64,000 bases of DNA from the human T2T-CHM13v2.0 reference genome, Homo sapiens (GCF_009914755.1 NC_060947.1); one strand, 5' to 3'; positions 1 through 14,213 are shown, counted from the first letter of the stretch. Numbers and translations are program-made. The notes: generated from the letters alone by a model not told the origin.

Positions 1-273
1 TCCTGAAGTTCAGCTTTAGAGTGGGTTTCTCATACCATGGGCAGCAATTTGCCCAATGATCAAGTTTGCAGGTTTAGGAACCAACGAATCACTTCAGAAG
101 CCACTCTAATATGTATAAGTGGATATTTTTCCTAAAACTTTGTATATGTTGATGCCTTAACTGTTATTAAACCATATGCAACGTATTCACTGTCGTAATC
201 CATGTCACTCAAGGACTCACTGTCTTGGATTTCCCCAGAATCAAGTTAAAATAATGTATTAAGATATTTTACA

Positions 274-566
274 GGCCAGGCATAGTGGCTCATGCCTGTA
301 ATCCCAACACTTTGAGAGGCTAAGGTAGGAGAATAGCTTGAGCGCAGCAGTTCAAGACCAGCCTGGGTAACACAGGGAGACCTCATCCTACAAATCTAAA
401 AAAATTACCCAGCCTGGTGGCCCACACCCGTGGTCCCAGCTACTCAGGAGGCTGAGGTGGGAGGATCACTTGAGCCCAGGAGGTGGAAGTTGCAGCGAGC
501 TATGATCATGCCACTCCACTCCAGCCTGGGCAACAGAGCAAGACCCAGTCTCCAAAAAAAAAAAAA
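274..566 (+). mobile_element. AluJ-type SINE
   Basis: Dimeric Alu with A-tail; TSD AAGATATTTTACA at 261-273 and 567-579. Confidence 0.95.
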
Positions 567-806
567 AAGATATTTTACAGAATACTAGCTCATGGTGGCC
601 CTGGACCTTCAGGATCAGAATTTGCTCTGCAACAAGATACCCTAGTGATCCATGAGCACATGTAAACACCACTGATTTAAGCTCTTTCTCCTCTTTTTGA
701 TAAAGTCCTTATTCCAATGACTTCAAATATCATCTGTGTAGATGACTCCCCTTATAAGACTGTGTTCATACTATTATTATATCAAGCTGCTGCAACTTCC
801 TACTTA

Positions 807-1116
807 TTTTTTTCTTTTTTTTTTTTTTTTTTTTTTTTAGACAAAGTCTCACTCTGTCGCCCAGGCTGGAGTGCAGTGGTGTGATCATGGCTCACTGTAA
901 CCTCGACCTGCAGGGTTTAAGCAATCTTCTTGCCTCAGCCTCTCGAGTAGCTGAGACTACAGGCATGTGCCACCATGCTCAGTTATTTTTTTTTTTTTTT
1001 GTAGAGATGAGGTCTCATTATGTTGCCCAGGCTGTTCTCAAACTGCTGGCTCAAGGAGTCCTCCCACCTTAGAGTCCCAAAGTTCTGGGATTACAGGCAT
1101 GAGTCACCATGCTTGG
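807..1116 (-). mobile_element. AluJ-type SINE
   Basis: Poly-T followed by reverse-complement Alu body. Confidence 0.92.
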
Positions 1117-1147
1117 AGTCCTCCTTATTCTGATTTTGGTAGCTGTG

Positions 1148-1450
1148 TTTTTTTTTTTTTTAGACAGTCTCGCTCTGTTGCCCAGGCTGGAGTGCTGGAG
1201 TGCAGTGGTACAATCTCAGCTCACTGCAACCTCTGCCTCCTGGGTTCAAGCGATTCTCATGCCTCGGCCTCCTGAGTAGCTGGGATTACAGGCACCCACT
1301 ACCACACCCAGCTAATTTTTTTGTATTTTTAGTGGAGACAGGGGTTTTGCCATGTTGGCCAGGCTGGTCTCAACTCTTGGCTTCAAGTGATCCACTTGCC
1401 TCAGCCTCCCAAACTGCTGGGATTACAGGCATGAGCCACTGAGCCCGGCC
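1148..1450 (-). mobile_element. AluS-type SINE
   Basis: Full antisense Alu; TSD TGGTAGCTGTG at 1137-1147 and 1451-1461. Confidence 0.95.
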
Positions 1451-2024
1451 TGGTAGCTGTGCTTTTAATGTAGAGTTTACAAGTGGTCTCTGTTTCCTAG
1501 AGTCACTGACAATGTGGCTTGGAGGTTGCCATTCTCCTTGGAGCTCTGTATGGTTCCTGGGAGAAGGCAATGCAGAATTAAGCTGCCACCATGCTTCTAT
1601 CAGAACCAGAAATTGTATTCTCGGACACTTTTGAAATGATTTATTCTTTATTCCCTCTGTTTTTCAGTTTTCTTTTTTGTTTTCTCTTCCTCGAACTGCT
1701 ATGTTCAGCTACTGGACCTGCTGGAGTGGTCCTGTAATTTTCTCTTTTGTCATCCATTGCTTCTTGGTGTTTTTGTTCTATTTCCTAGGAGATCTCCCCA
1801 ACTCCCTCTCAGGAAGTGAGCCCTGTCTGTATACACCCAGATCCAGCTGGCATGTACATCCATGTCTGTCAGCCTGTCTTCCAACTGCCGACACCGACAA
1901 CTCTTGGCTTGGGGACTTTCTGTGGTAACCAGATTCCACTCCACTCTTGAGGGCAGCAAGCTGTAAAGGGGGGCGGGGGGGAATTATTCTAACGTGGAGC
2001 AGTTCTCAGCTAATGACTGACGGG

Positions 2025-2315
2025 CTTCACTCACTCAGCACGGCTCCCTGGAGATCTGTCAAGTTACTGCGCACATCAATGGTTTGTTCCTTTCATTGCT
2101 GAGTAGTGCTCCACAGCACAGACGTACCACAGTTTCTTTACCACCCATCTGTCAAGGAACACTAGGAGCTGTTTGTAGTTTGGGACCATTATGAATAAAG
2201 CTGCTATGAATATTCGATGCAGGTCTTAGGAACTAACGAAATTTATGTGAACCTAATTTCTCTGCAACAAATACCCAAGGGGGCAATTGCTGAGTGGTAC
2301 AGTATTTGCATGTTT
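2025..2315 (-). mobile_element. Old L1 (L1M-type) 3' fragment
   Basis: Antisense L1M motif ATTATGAATAAAGCTGCTATGAATATT. Confidence 0.7.
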
Positions 2316-3228
2316 TACGGTGGCAGGATTTTGAAGAATCATCAATGCCAAGCTACAGGAGTTTGGATTTCAAAGAATGGCATGAAAAGTGTTCACAAAC
2401 TTTTGGGTAGACGGCATGTGATCAGAGTAGTCCCACATTAAAAGTAAGAATCCCGTGCAATATGGAGACCAAATTGGACAGGAAGAGTCTGGGCCACGGT
2501 AATCAAAGGTAGGACAAGGTACGTGAACTCAGACGGGGTCACTGAGGGAGGACAGGGGAAAAGGACCCAGGAGCAAGGTACTTTGAGATCTTAGGGAGTT
2601 AATTCCACAGTTGGAAAAAAGATATCCTTGTAAATATGCCTCTCTGGACTTCTTCAGCCCTCAGGAAGACGTTCGAGGAGAAATATAAACAAAGAAAAGC
2701 AAAATAGAAACTAGTTGTGGTCAAATGTATTTTTAATTAATGTGTCCGTCTAACATTAAAAATGATTCCTATAAACAAAAACTATGGCTTCAGTAATAGC
2801 TGAGAGAAGATTTTCCCCCTCATTTTTTCCAGTCTGCAGCCTCCGAAGCCTCCAAGTACTGCTTTTAATAAAATAAAACACAATGTGCTTCTGTGGGTAA
2901 ATTATGATTTTCCCCTAATATATTCTAATTCAAACTATTTTCAGAGCCTGATCTGAAAATTGCTCCCATATCTATAAAAAGCACATGTATTTTGAGAAAT
3001 AAAAGATGAGAAACAAGACGAAAAAGATACTAAAAAAAAAAAAAAAAAAGTTGCAGCCTGTCTGGTTACAGCTTGAGCCAAGAATCTGAGAAAGAAAATG
3101 TCCTGAGAAAATCGTTCTCTCCAACAGTTTCAAAAAAGAAAGAGCCCAGACAAAAATAAGCCTCTGGCAAATGGAGCCTGTGCAAGAATCCATCCAAAAA
3201 ATCTAATTTAAAAAATATAGTATCTTAC

Positions 3229-3250
3229 TTGCACATCATATTTTGGATAC
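3229..3250 (-). other. Putative 22-nt microexon of a minus-strand gene (may carry or follow the start codon)
   Basis: Minus strand reads tttatctttcag|GTATCCAAAATATGATGTGCAA|gtaagata: canonical acceptor and strong donor in unique AT-rich sequence. Confidence 0.55.
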
Positions 3251-3420
3251 CTGAAAGATAAATTATTATTAAATTTTTTAAAGAATGATCCCAACTTTAT
3301 CACAGCCCCCTATCTCTTTGTAGTTTCTTATAATAGGGTTAAAGTTGGCTGGTTTATTTATTTGTTTTTTTTTTTTTAAGTTGTTTTTCACAAAACCTTA
3401 GAAGTAGAAAGCAAACCTAC

Positions 3421-3507
3421 CATTCAATGTTTCAAAGCTGGCTGGTCAGGAAACCCAGTTTCAGCAAAGAAGAAAAGCCATGCAAAACAAACAAAGAAAG
3501 AGAAGGC
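3421..3507 (-). other. Putative non-coding exon (alternative first exon or 5'UTR exon)
   Basis: Donor ATG|gtaggt at 3421/3420, 170 nt upstream of the microexon; possible acceptor tctttgcag at 3508; 5' boundary uncertain. Confidence 0.35.
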
Positions 3508-3678
3508 CTGCAAAGATGTATTTGGACTTGGTTTTCTTCAGCCAAAGGGATAGCACAGTTGTTGCAATTTCGTTAGATGAAACAACTATGAACAACTCCA
3601 GTCAGAGACTACGGGTTGCTGAATCCAAACACTGCTTTCCCTAGATTCATATGTTTCTCTAATAGTCTCTTTCTCCAG

Positions 3679-3843
3679 CCTGTTCCTGTGTTCTGCTATA
3701 CAAGGAACACACAGTTCTTGCTCCAAGAGTGTATTTAATGAGACATCAGGCAATGTTTCAGTCGTAGAGCCACCCCCAGAACTCTGAAGCTGATTCTCAT
3801 AAGGATGTATGAGGTGCATCTCTTAACGCTCTGAAGTGGGCAG
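3679..3843 (+). ncRNA. Possible 165-nt plus-strand (antisense) non-coding exon
   Basis: gtctctttctccag|...GGCAG|gtgagt; stop codons in all three frames. Confidence 0.25.
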
Positions 3844-4406
3844 GTGAGTTTTCTCTGCCATATTTACAAATATCTGCACTCGTCTTCAGAGGCTGCCAAG
3901 GGTAGAGAGATTTTATAAAATCTGACACACCAGAATTTTTTAACTAGCTTGCAAATCCTGAATATCCCAGATTTTCTTACATGTGAATGTGTTCACTATC
4001 AAACCATAGCACATACAAATGTGCTCTGTATCCAATACATTTAGGTAAATGTGACCTGTTTACTTGAATTACCATTATAGTTAGTTGTTAGGTGCTCGAG
4101 TATACATGACTTGTAGCCAAGCGAAGGGGAGGAGCGTAATTCAAAGCTTAAGTATGATTGCATCTACAAAGTTTTTAAATCTTTTATCCATTACACAAGG
4201 ACATGGCTTTAAAACCACTCTTTTGTTCAAAAGCTGATCACATTCATGATTCCTGAATGGGTGGTTTCTGAACTCACTTTTTTAAAACCTTAATTCTTTT
4301 GTGCCATATGCTTATGTATGTCCTGCCCACTAGATTGTGGGGAAATCAGTATATTTACTAAGCACGTTCTCAAATGTAGGTAACAGCATATGACTGACGC
4401 CTACAC

Positions 4407-4928
4407 ATGAGGGTAGCCAGCCTCCAATGTGGCCCTCAATGATCTTCACCAACTGGAATTCATGCCCTTGAGTTGTCCACTCCCACATCAACCAGGACTG
4501 GTCTCACACATCCAGTAGAAACAACAGTGTTTGATTTCCAAGGCTAAGTCCTAAAAGGCATCAACACTTTCACCTTGGCTTTTGGATCACCCACTCTGAA
4601 AACGCTGGCTGCCATGTTGTGAGGACACTCGAGCAGCAGGAGGAGAGGTCCACATAAATAGAACAGCCTGCCAGTCACAGAGGGAGCCACTGTGGAGGCA
4701 CTTGGAAGCAGATCCTCCAGTCCCAGTCAAGCCTTCAGATGAACACAGCCTGGGCTGATGGCTGACTGCAACCTCCTGAGACACTCAGAACCAGAACCAC
4801 CCCACTAAGTCACTTCCAAATACTTGACCCTCACAATCCCTGAGAGATAAGAAATGACTGCCTTTGTTTTCTCTTAAGCCACTATATTTTGGGATGATTT
4901 GTTACACAGCCATTGTAACTGGAATGCA
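4407..4928 (+). mobile_element. MaLR solo LTR (MLT1F/G-like)
   Basis: GCCATGTTGTGAGGACACTC, GGAAGCAGATCCTCCAG and 3' TTTGTTACACAGC motifs. Confidence 0.8.
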
Positions 4929-5353
4929 CACATACATGTATACACCAAACACAGATTACCCAGAAAAAGACTCAACTCTACTATGAACAAATTTTCGCCA
5001 AGGTCTCAGCCCTTCCAGCAGATTATTCAGTGGATCAAATTAAATAATTTTTTATTCATGGTCTTTAAAGGATCCAAACATTGACTGTGAATATTTTGCA
5101 TATTAATTATATTTTTCATCTTAGAGCCAATGTATCTTCTCCTATAACATTCCTTTTTCTAGTTATATTCTGATAAAGGGCGTGGAGATAGTCTGAATGC
5201 CTCTCCAAATTTTTCCATAACTGTCTAGATATGACTGTCCACAACCCATGTGAGTTATGAAATTACGTGATATATCATCTAATTGACAAAAAGTAGAAAT
5301 CAAATTGAGACGGTATAGAACATGATTTAGTTTTTTTTTACAAAAGCAAGCTT

Positions 5354-5635
5354 GGCCAGGCACAGTGGCTCATGCCTTTAATCCCAGCTCTTTGGGAGGC
5401 CAAGGCAGGAGAATCACTTAAGGCCAGGAGTTCGAGACGAGCCTGGCCAATATGGCAAAACCCTGTCTCTACTAAAAATACAAAAATTAGCTGGGCATGG
5501 TGGTGCACGCCTGTAATCCCAGATACTCAGGAAGCTATGGCAGAAGAATTGGTGAACCCAGGAGGTGGAGGGTTGCAGTTAGCTCAGATTGCGCCACTGC
5601 ACTCCAGCCTGGGCGAAAGAGCGAGACTCTGTCAA
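5354..5635 (+). mobile_element. AluS-type SINE
   Basis: Full Alu whose tail is expanded into a purine microsatellite. Confidence 0.93.
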
Positions 5636-5740
5636 AGAAGAAAAGAGAAGAGAAGAGAAGAGAAGAGAAAAAGAAAAGAAAAGAAAGAAGGAAGGAAGGA
5701 AGGAAGGAAGGAAGGAAGGAAGGAAGGAAGGAAGGAAGGA

Positions 5741-5792
<52 letters not shown>

Positions 5793-5831
5793 AAAGGAAG
5801 GAAAGGAAGGAAAGGAAAGAAAGGAAAGAAA
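5636..5831 (+). repeat. Compound purine microsatellite (GAGAA)n-(GGAA)13-(AGAA)13
   Basis: Counted by eye: GGAA 5690-5741, AGAA 5742-5793. Confidence 0.95.
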
Positions 5832-6024
5832 ACTTAATAGAGTTTGGGGAAAATATTGAGATAAAATTGTAAGTATTCTATCAAGTACATTGAAATAAAA
5901 TTAACCTCAAGGGTTTTTTTTGTTTATTTGTTTTACTGTATGCATGTAATGGACTGAATATTAGCTGTATTAGATGCTACATTGTGAACAAGACTATATT
6001 GGATATGCCAAGCCCTTCATTTAA

Positions 6025-6110
6025 TTTTTTTTTTTTTTGAGACAGGGTCTCACTCTGTGCCCAGGCTAGAGTGCAGTGCTGCGATCACAGTTCATTGCAG
6101 CCTCAACTTC
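6025..6110 (-). mobile_element. Truncated Alu 3' end
   Basis: Poly-T then GAGACAGGGTCTCACTCTGT...GCAGCCTCAAC. Confidence 0.85.
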
Positions 6111-6740
6111 TCCAAAGCCCTTTGTTTTTAAGAAACAATTTATCTTGATACAATGAGATTCCTATAAAACAGGCTTGCTGCATTTGCTATGTGTTTTCTA
6201 TCTTGCTACACCTATACCAAGATGAAATTCTTACCGTGTTAGCCAAAGTCTCTTTCAGTCAAATACATCCCAAATTATATTCATAAAATCAAATGTATGA
6301 GATTTGCTCACAGATAAGTGGAATAACTCAGTTCGTGTGAAATTATATGAGCAAACCCAATATCCAGAAGACCCCTAAAGAGAATCCAGCCTGTCATGCA
6401 TAATAAAATTTAAAACAAAAATTAAGAAGGTTCTCTCACCATAGCAGGGAATTTCTCAAGCACAGAAAACTGCCTTCTATATTCTGAGTAATTACCCAAA
6501 TAAAATGTCTATTTGTCCCTCCTTCAGCCAGATGTTTCTCCAACCGCAGTGCCACCTCCTCTTTGAAAAGTCTACCCTCTAATCCCACAAGAAAACATCT
6601 TGTAAAAATAAGGAAAAAAATTTAGTAAGTGACTATCCTGCTTTCTTGTGTATCTGGATTTAATTTTTCATTATTTACATCAAGGGAAAAGAAACATGGC
6701 ACAAAGTGGCTTTTTTGCGTACCTTTAAAAAATTTTTTCT

Positions 6741-6976
6741 GTTGAGCATTTCCTACGACCAGACAATGGTTCTAAGCATTCAGTTATCCAACTAGGATTG
6801 CTCATGTAATCCTATGTTGGGATTAGTACTGTTATCCTCTTTTTCACAATAAGGAAACTGAGGCTCAGAGACAGTAGGAAATTTCAGCCAGTTCATCCAG
6901 CTAGTATGAGGCAGGATAAGAGTTTGAACCTGGGAAGTCTGATCCCAAAGCCTACACCCTTAACCATTATTCTATG
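6741..6976 (-). mobile_element. MIR SINE
   Basis: Antisense MIR core GGAAACTGAGGCTCAGAG...TTTGAACC. Confidence 0.8.
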
Positions 6977-7433
6977 CCCCTGGTCATTTGAATTCATAAA
7001 ATCAGCCTCCAAGGGCATCTGTACTTAGTGGCTTTAAAACAAGCTATTTTATCATCTATCCCACGGTGCAGAACAGAATGGAATTCCCAAGAAATCTGGG
7101 AGTCCCCTGTACAGGTGTTGCATACCTTCTACAAGTCCCTCACACCTTCCAGAAGCTTCTCAAAGATGCCGGTGATGCTGCTTCGTATTATCAATGTACA
7201 AAGCAATGCACTGAAAGGGGTTTTCCTGACTTATAAGACTATAATTGAAAAACCAAGTGCTTCTAATTCAACTACCTCAAGAAATTCCAAAAACAGAGTA
7301 CGTTTTAAGGAAATGTTTATAGTCAAGGACTAGGGTTGGTGGTTTGGTGTCAAGTCAAGCAGCATCAAGAAAGATTTAATTGTTGTTCTAGTCCCATGTT
7401 GTAGCATTATGTAGTATGCTGCATGTGTGTTTA

Positions 7434-7747
7434 TTTTTTTAATTAATTTTTTTTTTTTTGAGACGGGGTCTCACCCTGTTGCCCAGGTTGGAGTGAAGTT
7501 CCAGCTCACTACAGCCTCAACCTCCCAAGCTCAAGGAATCTCCCACCTCAGCCTTCCAAGTAGCTGAGACTGTATGCATGTAATGGACAGGCACATGGCA
7601 CCACACCCAGCTAATTTTTGTATTTTCTGTAGAGACGGGGTTTCACCATATTACCCAGGCTTGTCTCTAGCTCCTGAGCTCAAGCCATCCGCCCACCTCA
7701 GCCTCCCAATGTGCTAGGATTATAGGCATGAGCCACCACGCCGGGCC
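7434..7747 (-). mobile_element. AluJ-type SINE carrying a 15-nt foreign insertion
   Basis: Antisense Alu; GAGACT[GTATGCATGTAATGG]ACAGG versus consensus GGGACTACAGG. Confidence 0.92.
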
Positions 7748-7930
7748 TGTATATGTTCTTGGCCAGTTTTAAGATGAGAAACACAACAGTGGCCAACACA
7801 AAATCAAAATATACTTGTAAAACATAGTTAATCTAGGGAAATTGATAACTAATATGTAATTAAGGAGAACATAGCAATTGGTACATTGGAAAGCAACTTG
7901 ACTTTGCTAATGGCAAGCTGTTTGCTAGAA

Positions 7931-7967
7931 ACACAGACACAGACACACACACACACACACACACACA
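7931..7967 (+). repeat. (CA)n microsatellite, interrupted
   Basis: Read directly. Confidence 0.9.
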
Positions 7968-8751
7968 AGGTTATAAAAGGGTAAATAATAAGTGTGGTTC
8001 CTTTTGTAACAGGGACTCAGTAATTCACTACCAGGAAGTTTTCTAAAAACTCACCCTACAGAGAAAAGAATCTGAATGAATGTAAAGTGTTAAGGCAGTT
8101 GATGGCTGAGGAATTGTCAAATTATCAAAATGCCACGTGATGATGGTATCTGAGTGAGACTGATACCGCTAACCATAAAATAGGTGAGCCCTGCAACAGC
8201 TTGACAAGGTTAAGCACCTTAGGAAAGCAATGATAATAAAGATGAAATACTAATTAAAATATCTTCTTGAGTTTATGCACTCTCCTTGGAAAAAATACCA
8301 AGAAATCATCACTGGATACTATCTAACTATAATACAGCACTATGATAGATTACCGACTTGTGTTTTTTTCTTTGAGGTATTCAGTTCAATGAAGAATAAT
8401 TTAATTTAGAATCATTAAAAAGTGTTAGAGCTGAAAGAATCTTTAAAGAGCATGAATGCAATTACCTTGTTTTTAAACGGTGAACCTAAAGCTTGGACAA
8501 GCCGACTGAATTACCCCAGATCCTGTCTTTATTTCATTTGTGTTTCCGTTCCCTCATTCAGCACACAAGACATAAACCAGTAACCACGCCAAGCCAGGGT
8601 GATGTTGAGCCTGCACAACCTGTGCCACCGCCAGGCAGTGCAAAGCTAATGTTAGATCCAGACCTCCTGATTTCTGGCCAAAGATGCACAGAAAAAAGCA
8701 CAAAGGCATCTATGTCCATTGTCGGAGTCAAAAGTCTAGCAATAAAGACAG

Positions 8752-9055
<304 letters not shown>

Positions 9056-10269
9056 AGGAGACACTATTAATACCGAATGGTGATGTCTATGGCAAAAGCA
9101 CCAACACCATAGCCATCTCCGCAGCAGCCTAAATGATTCTGACAGCCATGGGCCAGTCCACTGATTCCAGAAACACTTAATAGTGAGTTCCGGAAAAGAA
9201 AAAGCAATGCCCCATTTTCTTTGGATGTACAGCATGCGGCAAAGCAGTCCACTGTGGAGACCAGAGTACGTGATCACCAAAGATGGCTTGACTGAGCCTA
9301 GCAAGTTGCGTTAGAGGGCTTCTGCTGCCATTGTATGTCGCTTCTTGGGCACTTTTCTCATCTTTTTTGACACTGATCTTTAGGAAGAAAGAGGGGAAAT
9401 TAGGCTAATTGTGGGGAAAAAGGAAAGGTAAAAATGGCCAATGGTCAGAGAGACTTGCAACTGCCCGAAAACAGGCAAGTAAGCACTCGTGTTAAAATAG
9501 AGCCACGATGGTAGAGTTAGGGATATCAGCAGATAAAAGCCAAAAGCTAACAGTAAAGGAGAAACACACATGAATGCCTTCATCACAGAAGCTGCTGATC
9601 TCTGCACATCAGGAGCTTACAAACTGAAAGAGTTAGACCGGCATAGACACACAGAAAGTGGATGCCAAAGGAAACAACTGGCACACTCATCCCAGCTGGG
9701 ATTCAGGGCCTCACTACTCATCACTGGCACCCGCATTAAAGACACAAAGGAAGAAACTAGAAGAAATGAAGCTACAAGATAGCCTTCACCACAATCACTA
9801 CCACATGGAATATGCGTAGTGTTAATGTGTAGTGTTAAAGCATTAGTTGCTCTTCATTAGCACAAAACATTCCTTCATTTCTTCATTTGTCACCAGCTGT
9901 TTTTTTTTTTTTTTCATCTCTTTTCTGTGTATCTGTGTTGGTTTAACTCTTTTCATTGGTAAGCCCCTAATGAGTAGAGATCAACAACATCTATTAATTG
10001 AAACTAATGCCGAAAAGTACAAAAAAATGTGGATAGAAAAAAATAAACATCTTACGGATGAAAAGAGCCATTGAAATTTCAAACATGATAGACAGAATCT
10101 ACTTTAAGCTGGCTGAACACAGCCAAGAAAAGAAATCATGATTAGAAGGCTGAATCAAAAAATCTTCCCAAAACAGACAGACAAAGAGTTACAAATTGGT
10201 TTAATCAAAGAAATATTGAGGAACTCCAATCCATATCAACCTAAAGTTCCAATAGAAGAGAATGAAAAT

Positions 10270-10657
<388 letters not shown>

Positions 10658-10722
10658 TTAACAAATGTCTTGCACTGCATAAATAGGGAGTTTATAAGTG
10701 TGGGGATCCATGTTTCTTGCCT

Positions 10723-11022
<300 letters not shown>

Positions 11023-11098
11023 TGACTAACCTCTATATAACTCCTTAAAATTTACAAATCTTTCTTCACTTACGGCATTTCACTTAGTCCTCTCTTAG

Positions 11099-11332
<234 letters not shown>

Positions 11333-11409
11333 TGAGAAAACTAAAACTCACAGGGAATGTAGACACTTGCTCATCATCCCACAGCTAGAGGAAAATGAGC
11401 CATATTTAA

Positions 11410-11955
11410 ATGGTTTTTAAATATGTCCAGTATCTTTGATACTTCTCCTTTCAAAACATGGAGCCCAATTGTTCTTCTTTGAGTGTGGGCTGTATTTAGT
11501 GACTTGCTTCCAACAAATAGAATAAGGGTGAAATAAAGGTATGAAACTTCCAAGACTAAGTCATAGAAGGCACTGTGTCTTCCATCTGGCTCTCTCTTTG
11601 ATCACTCACTCTGAGGGAAGCTAGCCGCCACGTTGTGAGGACACTCAAGCAGCCCATTGGACAGGTCCACTTGCTGCGAATGAGAATGACAATCAAAAGC
11701 CAAAGAAGAATTGATGCCTCCTACCAAAAGCCATGTGGGTGAGCCATCTTGGAAGCAGATCCTCCAGCCCCAATTAAGGCTTTAGCTGACTTCAGCCAGG
11801 GCTGAAGTCTTAACTGCAATCTCATGAGAGATCCTGAGTCATAACCACCCAAGTAAGTTGCTCCCAAATTCCTATCCCTAGAAACTATGTGATAATAAAC
11901 ATTTGTTGTAAACTGCAAGGGAGTGACTTGTCACATGGCAATAGGTAATAAATAT
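11410..11955 (+). mobile_element. MaLR solo LTR (MLT1F-like)
   Basis: Shares motifs with the 4407-4928 LTR (GTTGTGAGGACACTC, GGAAGCAGATCCTCCAG). Confidence 0.8.
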
Positions 11956-13065
11956 GCCAGGAATTAAATCCAAAGGTCTCAACCCAAAAGCCTGTGCTTT
12001 TTCATTTAACAACACTACCTTTTCCATGACGTCTTGTGTAAAATCAAAATATTTTGACCATCTCAACTTACATTTCCCTAACTGTCAGTTCAATTTTTGC
12101 CAATTATGTCACCTTATTCTGTGCCTAATTATAGGACTTCTTGCATTTTTGAAACACTAATCTCCCCTTCTGAATAATAACGGTCATGAGAACAGGGGAT
12201 AGAGCAGTTTTGGTCATCATAGCATCCCCAGGATCAAATTTACTGCTCAGTAAGTAATAAGCACTGGGTGTATATTTTTGGATGAATGAATGAATGATGG
12301 CCAAAATACATATGACACAACTAGTCTACCACAGGGCTTTGTTCTCATTTTTATGCTGACACAAAAGGGAATAAATTCTATATCTAAGAAGAAACTAGGG
12401 AATATCTTGGAGTTGTGACTTTGATTGATCTGAGCTTCCCAGAAGACATTTGTTTTATTCAGAAAATACTTTGAAGGGCAAGAAGTATGACTGTTTTTTC
12501 AGTAACATGCAAAAATCCCTAGGGCATGCAAAAATAAGAATAATTTCCTAAACTAAAATGTCTTGTTCGATCCTCCAAGTGTTCTTCCGCTCCCTGTTCC
12601 AGGCCCACTGGAGAGTTTCGGCAGCAGGCCCTCAGACAGGAGTGGTCTGGCCTGCTGATGACCTCATCTCACCCCAGCCCACCTCCAGCTGCAGAGAGGA
12701 GTTGTGAGCACTGGGTTAAGGCAGCATTTTTCTGGGCAAGTTACTTATGCTCACATGAGCCGTAAATCAACATGCAGTCCTAAGTTGTGATGGCTTTTCA
12801 CTTGGTGGGAAATGCCTAAACACCCAGATTTTTATTTCACAGCCAGGAAAAAAATAATGTGTGAGAGAAACAAAATGCAGAAGTGCCTATCAGACATGAC
12901 TGAAATAAGAATCCCAAGGAACACGAAATGTTACTACAGTGATGCAGCTTTGATCACGGACCAAACATTTTTCTAGTAACCACTAAAACAGGACACATCA
13001 CATGTACATTTTTCATACAATCCACCCTCCTTCGGCGTTTCACCATCTCATCCTCTGCTGCCCAC

Positions 13066-13280
13066 TACATTTCTGTGATGATGGAAATGTTCTCTGCTGC
13101 CTAACAGAGTAGCCACTAGCCACTTGTGGTCACTGAGCACTTAAAATGTGGCTAGCTTAACTGAGAACTGAATCTTATTAGTAATTTAATTATTAATCAA
13201 TTATTAATTACTAAATTGATTTCAGTTCAATTAAATTTAAATAGCCACATGTGGCTAGAAGATATATTGTATTGGACTGA
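13066..13280. mobile_element. MER3-like hAT-Charlie MITE
   Basis: TAGCCACTAGCCACTTGTGG...AATAGCCACATGTGGCTAG around an AT-rich core. Confidence 0.75.
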
Positions 13281-13655
13281 ACCATTTCATACAGCGTTCT
13301 GGGCACATTCAAAACGGTTGGAGTAATTTAGATCGAAGACAGGCTGGGAATTACGACTCCTTTTGCCAAAGATGGATAGAAAGGTACTCAAAACCCCAAA
13401 ATCTCAAGCTGTTTTTCAAAACAATGAGGGAACCCTATGGGTCTACTATTTTCTGGAGTTTCTTAAAATCAACACCTAATCTGAAAAGAGAGATAAGAAA
13501 GAGAGGAGACAGTACACCTAAGGTCTTCAACCCAAGTCCCATCAAGGAAAGAAGGTTCTGTGTGATCTATTACTGGGGAACCAACATACACCTTTGGGGT
13601 GAAATGGAGCTGCAATGGGAAGCAGAGGCTGCTTAGAATACAAATCAGATTCCAT

Positions 13656-14213
<558 letters not shown>

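Noticed and set aside
3586-3819. 77-aa minus-strand ORF in unique DNA upstream of the microexon
   Set aside because: No recognisable homology and length within chance; may only be a leader uORF
5372-5872. 166-aa K/E/R-rich ORF and overlapping ORFs
   Set aside because: Translation of an Alu plus purine microsatellite, which lacks stop codons by composition
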